Sequence record: NC_019929.1
Direction: 5' to 3' (one strand)
Length of the DNA: 64,000 nt
Position 1 is the stretch's first letter. The number at the start of each line of letters is the position of its first letter. Below are positions 57,722-64,000 of this stretch, piece by piece. Both the position numbers and the translations under genes were made by a program. The notes under the pieces are model-generated. The model did no database searches and was not told the DNA's origin. It was given only the letters and a program-made list of their open reading frames with translations.

Positions 57722-59287
57722 TTACGCGAACAATTCATCACCCATTCCACCGGTGAAGAAGTTGATTGACGACGCTGTTACGGTTTCTTCTTTATCACAG
57801 TCCCAAGGCAAAATGCCCACATCCGCAAAAGGTAATACAGTGTAGTGATGTGCTTCTTTGGTATCAATAATCGTACGATGTTTACCACGCTGCACTTCCA
57901 GGAAGCTGTGTCCATTCACAACACGCTTGTTGAAGTACATCTCACCATCGGCTTCGTTATCCAGACTTGAACAGTCGGAATACAACCCACGACCTGGCAA
58001 GCTCTTACAGAACCCGATTGGGTCTAAGGCTTTCAGACGTTTCCCTTCTGGGGAAATCTGGTGCGGGGCAATCATGAACCCGCGGTTACGCACGACCTGG
58101 TAGTTACGGGCCATACGGTAAATTTCTTTGATGTCACTACCGACTACGCCGTTACCGTGACCACCTTTACTGATAGTCCCCAGGTAATCTGCGCGAATAC
58201 CGACAACGTGATAGCCACGACGTTTCAAGTCGAGAATCAGGTCGTTGATGTAGTGCACTTTAAAATCGGAGTTGGTGTGCTTCTGGAACACGTAATCCCA
58301 ACCCTGTGCCTGAATCTTACCACACAGGTAATCTGACATCTGCGTTGTATGAGCAAGCTTTTCTTCCGCCGTCGCTTCTGCCGGTAACACCATGCGTGGT
58401 GCTTCACCTTCGAAGTGACCGTAGATTTGCTGATACCCGTATGCCAGGTTAACGTCGAGTTCGTTTTCCAGGCTCAAGTCCAGGATAATCGGTTGCAAGG
58501 TTCCCTTCACATCTGCCATGACTTTCTCAGGCGTGTTGAAGATAGGTACCGACAACGTCAGTAACAGACTGAACAATGACTTACAGTTAAAAGGAAGTGC
58601 AGGCATCAGCCACATCTCTTCCGTTATACCCTTATTACAGCCCAGCATTTGGTTGATAGATTTCCAACCCGTCTGCAAGCCATTACCCGCTGCCTTCTTG
58701 TTAATCGAGTCAAAGACTTTGATAAAGGGAGCGCGATTATCCGTCACCAGTTCACCAACCAGTGATGGAATCTTATTATGAGAGCGTTCGCTGAACGTGG
58801 AAAGCGTATCTTTGAGTTCGCTTAACGCGGTTTGTAAGTCAACGCGCGTTTCCGTACCGTTCAGTGAGCCGATAGCACGTCCTAACCGTTGCTTCAATTG
58901 CACGCCCTGAATACACTGGCGAAGCTGGAAGTAATATTGTGACACCTGACGGTTAAGATGCTCGATACGTTTCTCTGGGTCTTCAGGAACATCGTCTTCC
59001 AGGAACTTGGTAATCGTATCGTATAGAGGACGTACTTGAGTGGTGGCCAACTTCAAACGCTTCATGACGTTTGCGTGGTCGTAAGTCATGCCGCCGTCTA
59101 TGATGGATGTGATGATGTCCTTGATTTCGACGAGCGCGGACCTTTCGTCCCCTTCCTCGGCGTACTCAGGAAGCTTAGCCTCAAGCAAAACTTTTCTTAT
59201 GACATCGTGGTCCCTATCTGGGTCAGTCAAAAGACTTTCTGCGTAAAGAGCGGCTAAGGCTGTTATCAACATCATTTTATTGTTCAT
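57722..59287 (-). CDS. dnaB: DnaB-like replicative helicase (phiKZ gp118-like)
   Basis: GLQTGWKSINQMLG, LSLEN, IRADYL, APHQIS and QRGKHR; lies divergently upstream of the capsid operon. Confidence 0.85.
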   Translation of the reverse strand: MNNKMMLITALAALYAESLLTDPDRDHDVIRKVLLEAKLPEYAEEGDERSALVEIKDIITSIIDGGMTYDHANVMKRLKLATTQVRPLYDTITKFLEDDVPEDPEKRIEHLNRQVSQYYFQLRQCIQGVQLKQRLGRAIGSLNGTETRVDLQTALSELKDTLSTFSERSHNKIPSLVGELVTDNRAPFIKVFDSINKKAAGNGLQTGWKSINQMLGCNKGITEEMWLMPALPFNCKSLFSLLLTLSVPIFNTPEKVMADVKGTLQPIILDLSLENELDVNLAYGYQQIYGHFEGEAPRMVLPAEATAEEKLAHTTQMSDYLCGKIQAQGWDYVFQKHTNSDFKVHYINDLILDLKRRGYHVVGIRADYLGTISKGGHGNGVVGSDIKEIYRMARNYQVVRNRGFMIAPHQISPEGKRLKALDPIGFCKSLPGRGLYSDCSSLDNEADGEMYFNKRVVNGHSFLEVQRGKHRTIIDTKEAHHYTVLPFADVGILPWDCDKEETVTASSINFFTGGMGDELFA

Positions 59288-59301
59288 GGAGCATCCTTAA
59301 A

Positions 59302-59826
59302 ATGCAGATTCGTTTTAGTCCACCGTGGGAAGTTCAACCTAACATAGATAAAGGGGCTGCTGTTAAAAGTTTGGAATTGCTCCAGGCAAGCTTCTTTAAC
59401 TGGTTATATGACAGCCCAAAAGGTTTCAGTTCCATTATTTTGCCAGAAGTCGGTCCGATTCCCATCTACAAAGCGTTGATGGCTCCGCCGTTACTTCCAG
59501 CTAAATATTATGACCAGGTGTTGAATCTGGTCGAAAGTGGTACCGATGCTTCTCTTACTGATTTATATGGGGAAGCATTCTCTGGTCGTCTACGTTGGGT
59601 ATTCACACAGCGTGGCGGCGTCATTGTGGCGTCATTTGCAGAAGCGAAGTCCGGACCGGGTTTCTCTTTGGGTGAAGACCACGCTGCGAAAAAGATGTTC
59701 TGCGCAGAACTTTTTAAATATGTGCGTACCAAGACTCGCGTCGTGGATGATACGTTCAGCACTTCTACGCAGTTCGCAACTCATGAAGTGCTGACGCAAC
59801 TTTACGCATGTCATTTATCTCAATAA
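59302..59826 (+). CDS. Capsid-operon protein (phiKZ gp119-like)
   Basis: 174 aa between DnaB and the major capsid gene; synteny. Confidence 0.6.
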   Translation: MQIRFSPPWEVQPNIDKGAAVKSLELLQASFFNWLYDSPKGFSSIILPEVGPIPIYKALMAPPLLPAKYYDQVLNLVESGTDASLTDLYGEAFSGRLRWVFTQRGGVIVASFAEAKSGPGFSLGEDHAAKKMFCAELFKYVRTKTRVVDDTFSTSTQFATHEVLTQLYACHLSQ

Positions 59827-59837
59827 GGTTGAATGAA

Positions 59838-62147
59838 ATGAAAGATACCCGAATCTCTAATCTGGAGAAGCTCGTCAACGCGGGTAACGAGCTTGTAGCC
59901 AACGTATCGGCTGGTACCTCCGCTTCCGATGTGTGGTCAACTGTTGTTGCTGGTGAATCTGTTCGTAAAAACGCGAAAGCTTTTAGCTCGCTGAACGACA
60001 GCGCTGCCCAGCAGTACCAAACCGTGTTCCCTGGCAAAAGCATGTCTCATGCTGCCCAGGTAGCTTCTGCAATGATTCTGGGTGCTGCCGGTCACGGTAT
60101 GGATCTGGTTCAGGCCGTTGCTCACGAAAGCGCGAATCCGAAGTACGACAAGTACATGCCGATCGCTATCCCTGGTGCCGCTACTCTGGCTGCTGACTAC
60201 GGTAAAGACCCGCTGGTTGCGCGTGAGTATTACACCAACAAAGACTACGACCGTAACCTGGGTCTGACCTGGACTCTGAACGTTCGTGCTCTGGAAACGC
60301 AGTCTAAGTTCGCTGAGACGCTGTTCCCAACCATCACCGTTGAAACCAACGATGTTGGTATTACCGTTCGTACCAAAGTTACTACTGTAACCCGTGGTAT
60401 TCTGAACGCGCTGCTGACCAAAGATGTGGTTGAAGACCACCGTCAGCCGCTGCACAACGCCCTGTCGAACCACAAAGTTCTGCAAGATGACGCGATTCGC
60501 ATCGTACCTTACGTGATGGAAACCGGCGACAACGCTGAATACTTCATCGACGCAGGCATCGTGCCGAACGAAAACGTGCAGCTGGGCCGCGTACCGCCGT
60601 ACCCAACTAACTACCTGACCTTCGAAAAAGAACGTCTGAACCTGTTCCAGCTGGCTGCTCATCCGGGCATCGTGCAGGAAGGTTACGACGAAACTGACGA
60701 AATCGCGCCAGGTGCTGCTCTGGGTAGCCTACTGATCTCCGTTCGTAAACCGAGCGAAGATGTTGCTGATGGTGCGCTGATCAAGCTGAACGTACGCGAC
60801 ATGCAGTTCGCTACCTTCCAGCGTCCTCCTGAAGGTGACGGTCGTGAGCTGGTGCTCCAGTTCCGTCGCACTGCGTTCTCTCTGAACGCCAAGTCTCTGG
60901 ACTGGAAAGGCGATGACATCCCTGCACTGGCTGCACTGGCTCAGAACCAGTACACGCTGAAGTACAGCATGAACATCACCATGTCACTGTTCACCAACGG
61001 TCAGTATTCTGGTCGTGTTGACGTGTCTGGTAAGTCACTGACCATCGAAGGTCTGTTCGACGCCACTGGTAACCTGGTCGATACCAAAACTGGTACCGGT
61101 AAAGTTATCATGGACGGCCTGAAACTGGAACTGCTGGGCTGGCGTTTCGACGGTACTCGTACCAACGAAAACCGGAGAACCCAGGGCTTGCTGCTGGACC
61201 CAATCTGGGAACAGGAGAACTACAAGCTGCAATACGGTTCCCCGATCATGACCAAATCGCCGGTTGGTGTTGAGTATGACGACACCGAGCGCCTGGATGA
61301 CCTGGTTTCTGCGGTTAACATCCGTAACGAAATGCTGGCTATCACCCAGACTCTGAGCTACACCGAAGCTGTGAAAAATGCTTTCGAAAGCATGATCACT
61401 CCGTGGGACAAACCAGCCATCCGTGGTCTGGGTCGTCACTGGGTTGCTCCGTGGTACAAAGAGAGCGACTACAACGTCGATCAGGTTATCCAGTCTCTGG
61501 ATACCAAAGATGCACTGATCAACGCCCGTCAGGGTCTGGTACAGCGTATCGGTGACCAGGTTACTCGTGCAATCCAGGACAGCCGCTTCATGCCTGCCCT
61601 GCGCCTGCTGACTGCTAACCCGGACGCACTGCCGAAAGTCGTTATCGCAACTGATGAGCCAACTGCTGCTATGCTGCTGCTGACCCAGGGTGACCAGCGT
61701 CTGCTGGGCGATCGCTACGAGTACGAAGTCATCACCACCAACGATGACCGCTGGCGTATCTGGAATGCCGCGGATGAGTCTTGGACTCGCCGTCTGCAAT
61801 GGGTACTGAAAGTGCCTACCGTTGATGACGGTTCTTACTGTGTTCTGAACTGGGGTAACCACTTCTGGTCTCCGATCATGGTAACCAACATCAACATCCA
61901 GCGTAACGGCGCGACCAGCAAAGAGCTGGCTGTGCAGCCACGTAACGCCCACATCTGTCACTGCCCGATCACTGGCCTCATCTGGATCAAAGGTATCACC
62001 AAATACGTTGAAAGCAAACTGGCTTACAACGTGTCTGTTGAATCCAATGGTACCGGTGCGACCGATGGCGGCAACGGCGGTAACGTAGGCGGCGATACTA
62101 CTGGTGCTGGCACCGGTGGTACTGGCGGCGCGGGTACTGGTTCTTAA
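59838..62147 (+). CDS. Major capsid protein precursor (phiKZ gp120-like)
   Basis: 769 aa from ATG 59838; extreme codon bias, candidate maturation site VARE-Y, FAETLFPTITV and QPRNAHI; G/T-rich tail. Confidence 0.85.
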   Translation: MKDTRISNLEKLVNAGNELVANVSAGTSASDVWSTVVAGESVRKNAKAFSSLNDSAAQQYQTVFPGKSMSHAAQVASAMILGAAGHGMDLVQAVAHESANPKYDKYMPIAIPGAATLAADYGKDPLVAREYYTNKDYDRNLGLTWTLNVRALETQSKFAETLFPTITVETNDVGITVRTKVTTVTRGILNALLTKDVVEDHRQPLHNALSNHKVLQDDAIRIVPYVMETGDNAEYFIDAGIVPNENVQLGRVPPYPTNYLTFEKERLNLFQLAAHPGIVQEGYDETDEIAPGAALGSLLISVRKPSEDVADGALIKLNVRDMQFATFQRPPEGDGRELVLQFRRTAFSLNAKSLDWKGDDIPALAALAQNQYTLKYSMNITMSLFTNGQYSGRVDVSGKSLTIEGLFDATGNLVDTKTGTGKVIMDGLKLELLGWRFDGTRTNENRRTQGLLLDPIWEQENYKLQYGSPIMTKSPVGVEYDDTERLDDLVSAVNIRNEMLAITQTLSYTEAVKNAFESMITPWDKPAIRGLGRHWVAPWYKESDYNVDQVIQSLDTKDALINARQGLVQRIGDQVTRAIQDSRFMPALRLLTANPDALPKVVIATDEPTAAMLLLTQGDQRLLGDRYEYEVITTNDDRWRIWNAADESWTRRLQWVLKVPTVDDGSYCVLNWGNHFWSPIMVTNINIQRNGATSKELAVQPRNAHICHCPITGLIWIKGITKYVESKLAYNVSVESNGTGATDGGNGGNVGGDTTGAGTGGTGGAGTGS

Positions 62148-62169
62148 TCAGTAGTCGAACGTTAGGATT

Positions 62170-62206
62170 AGCTTACTCCCTTCGGGGAGTAAGCTTTTTC
62201 TTTTTT
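62170..62206 (+). terminator. Intrinsic terminator after the capsid gene
   Basis: AGCTTACTCCC-TTCG-GGGAGTAAGCT followed by a T-run. Confidence 0.85.
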
Positions 62207-62222
62207 ATCCTAAAATTTCACG

Positions 62223-62235
62223 GATAGATATTATC
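62223..62235 (+). promoter_or_regulatory. Phage promoter motif GATAGATATTATC
   Basis: Motif copy about 40 nt upstream of the ATG at 62275. Confidence 0.65.
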
Positions 62236-62274
62236 TACATGACAACCGACTGTTCTATCTAAAGGAGAATATAA

Positions 62275-63117
62275 ATGGCTTTCCGTTACGAGTTAAAGCA
62301 CCTGGATAATATTAAACGTGTGTTTGGTGGGATGATGCTCGAGTTTAATACCGAGAATTATAGCTTCCGCCCGCCCGTTTTTCTTTCGAGTGTTAAGTTC
62401 GATTTGCTTCACAACTTTATTGAATTGCAGCTTCGACAGATGAAAGGGGATTTTGGTAAGTATAAAGACCTTGAGGGCGTGGACACCAAGAAGGTCACTA
62501 TCCTGACTTTTTCGGATAAACTTTCTTTCCTTATTGGTAACGGCTATAGCTCTACGGACGACCCGAAGTTTGAGCAGGAGACCATTGCAAGCCACACTAA
62601 ATTTATGGAGTTGACTGGACTTTATCGACCAGGGATAGCTATTACTGATCTGGTAAAAGACCACAATCTGCATCGTTGTAGTGTGGTGCGATTACAGCAT
62701 TGTATTTATCACCCCAGTATTCCAAGAGAAGAACCCTTAGTGGAGCTTCGCGATAATGGCCACCGCGATATGTCGAGTTTACTGCACGACGTTAGTCGCT
62801 GGTACTCAGCCGACCAGGACGACGTATATGGGTTGGTGGTTAAAGATAAAGGCGATATTGCAGCGCTGGGGCACCTTAATCCGTTTACCCTGGAACATCA
62901 ACACAACGGTCGGGCGTGGGTGCCAATTCGTCCATTACCAGAGACGACCTCGAATGAGCTTTCGGCGGTGGCAGATGTGCTAGGGGGTATCGCCAATATG
63001 GGTTCTTTACCTGAACATGATTACCATTTGAAGATGGTGAATGGTCTGGGCGAAGTGGCGGTCGGTCGGTTAACTAAGCAGCAAATCATGGAGTTGGCTA
63101 ATCGGTTAATAAAGTAG
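62275..63117 (+). CDS. Hypothetical protein (280 aa)
   Basis: AAGGAG RBS; relatively AT-rich codons. Confidence 0.7.
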   Translation: MAFRYELKHLDNIKRVFGGMMLEFNTENYSFRPPVFLSSVKFDLLHNFIELQLRQMKGDFGKYKDLEGVDTKKVTILTFSDKLSFLIGNGYSSTDDPKFEQETIASHTKFMELTGLYRPGIAITDLVKDHNLHRCSVVRLQHCIYHPSIPREEPLVELRDNGHRDMSSLLHDVSRWYSADQDDVYGLVVKDKGDIAALGHLNPFTLEHQHNGRAWVPIRPLPETTSNELSAVADVLGGIANMGSLPEHDYHLKMVNGLGEVAVGRLTKQQIMELANRLIK

Positions 63118-63173
63118 CGCTATCTTTTTACGCTACACGCAGTCGTTATGCGGGTCGCGTTCAAAGTATTCTG

Positions 63174-63187
63174 AGATAGATATTATC
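63174..63187 (+). promoter_or_regulatory. Phage promoter motif AGATAGATATTATC
   Basis: Exact motif copy about 40 nt upstream of the ATG at 63227. Confidence 0.65.
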
Positions 63188-63226
63188 TACGTGGTTGTAT
63201 CTATTGGTTTTTAACTGGGATGCGAA

Positions 63227-64000
63227 ATGAATCGTTATGATTTAGACATTGAACCGACGATTACGCAGCGACCCATGTATCATGGTGTCGTGAAGAAGAC
63301 CATCTCCTACGAAAACAATACAGGTATTCCTGTCCACGTCACTGAACTCAGTGGCGGCAGCTTTATCTTGGCCCCGTCGTCACATACGGCGTCGGAGTTC
63401 GGTATCGTCATTTACGTGACGTATAAAGCAGTCGGTGGACAGGCTAACCTGACGGGGCTTCGCGAAGGATTTCCTGCGAAGCAGTTTTCACAAATGTGCC
63501 GTGAGATACAAGAGTCGGGTGAGACCACATTGATGTACGTGGTGTCAGATATCTCGGCATTGATGCACGGTGACTTGGTGGTGTTGAAGAAGCTAGGTAT
63601 GGCGTTTTCTACACAACCGGTCAGACTTGATTCCAATCCCATTGCATTGCCGGGTGGTGAACGGAGCGAGTTTACGTTGGGGGTCGTGGTTGTACAGCGG
63701 TACGACGATCCGAAGGTATATCGTTGGGTACGGTTCTATACCACGCAAGTGGAAGTAGACCCTATCCGGTCGAAGTATTACGATGAAGGGATTTACATGG
63801 TGATTGGTGGTGGGAAGTTAGCAGAGGGTGGCAGGATGTTGCATTTCACATTCGAAGACCCACTGTCACCGTTCCGGGTATTTGCATCTGAAGACGAGTC
63901 GAAGGCGTATCGTTGGATGGACGCAATTCCAGACCTGCGTGATTTGCGCAGTAAGCTGGAAACCAACTACCAATCAAAACTTCAGGATTTAGACGATAGA
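63227..64000 (+). CDS. Hypothetical protein, 3'-truncated (possibly phiKZ gp122-like)
   Basis: Read manually: MNRYDLDIEPTITQRP...YENNTGIPVHVTELSG..., with no stop before the window end. Not in the ORF track. Confidence 0.7.
   Translation, partial: MNRYDLDIEPTITQRPMYHGVVKKTISYENNTGIPVHVTELSGGSFILAPSSHTASEFGIVIYVTYKAVGGQANLTGLREGFPAKQFSQMCREIQESGETTLMYVVSDISALMHGDLVVLKKLGMAFSTQPVRLDSNPIALPGGERSEFTLGVVVVQRYDDPKVYRWVRFYTTQVEVDPIRSKYYDEGIYMVIGGGKLAEGGRMLHFTFEDPLSPFRVFASEDESKAYRWMDAIPDLRDLRSKLETNYQSKLQDLDDR

Noticed and set aside
59937-61961. Antisense ORFs of 241 and 308 aa over the capsid gene
   Set aside because: Shadow frames of a highly biased gene.

Overview
64 kb segment of a nucleus-forming jumbo phage (phiKZ-like, Chimalliviridae). 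Gene order closely follows what I recall for phiKZ gp50-gp122 and SPN3US gp18-gp76; all gp numbers are recalled by synteny and motif, not from a database search. The window runs from the C-terminal half of a split family-B DNA polymerase through the phage-nucleus block: chimallin, nvRNAP beta'/beta/sigma-like subunits, SbcD, putative ChmC and PicA. It continues with an SF2 helicase, a vRNAP beta' fragment, the N-terminal half of the polymerase, head, baseplate and neck genes, two cassettes of small early genes (one with DHFR), DnaB helicase and the major capsid protein. No tRNA, rRNA, CRISPR array, intron or mobile element was recognised. The strongest new signals are three: (1) a probable programmed -1 frameshift (T TTT TTC, 25747-25753) fusing a T4 gp26-like gene to a downstream ORF that lacks a good start, resembling tail-chaperone G/GT recoding; (2) GGLG-repeat tails on two adjacent putative shell/import proteins; (3) a repeated AATTCGAC(C/T)ATTA element just upstream of the RBS of accessory-cassette genes.
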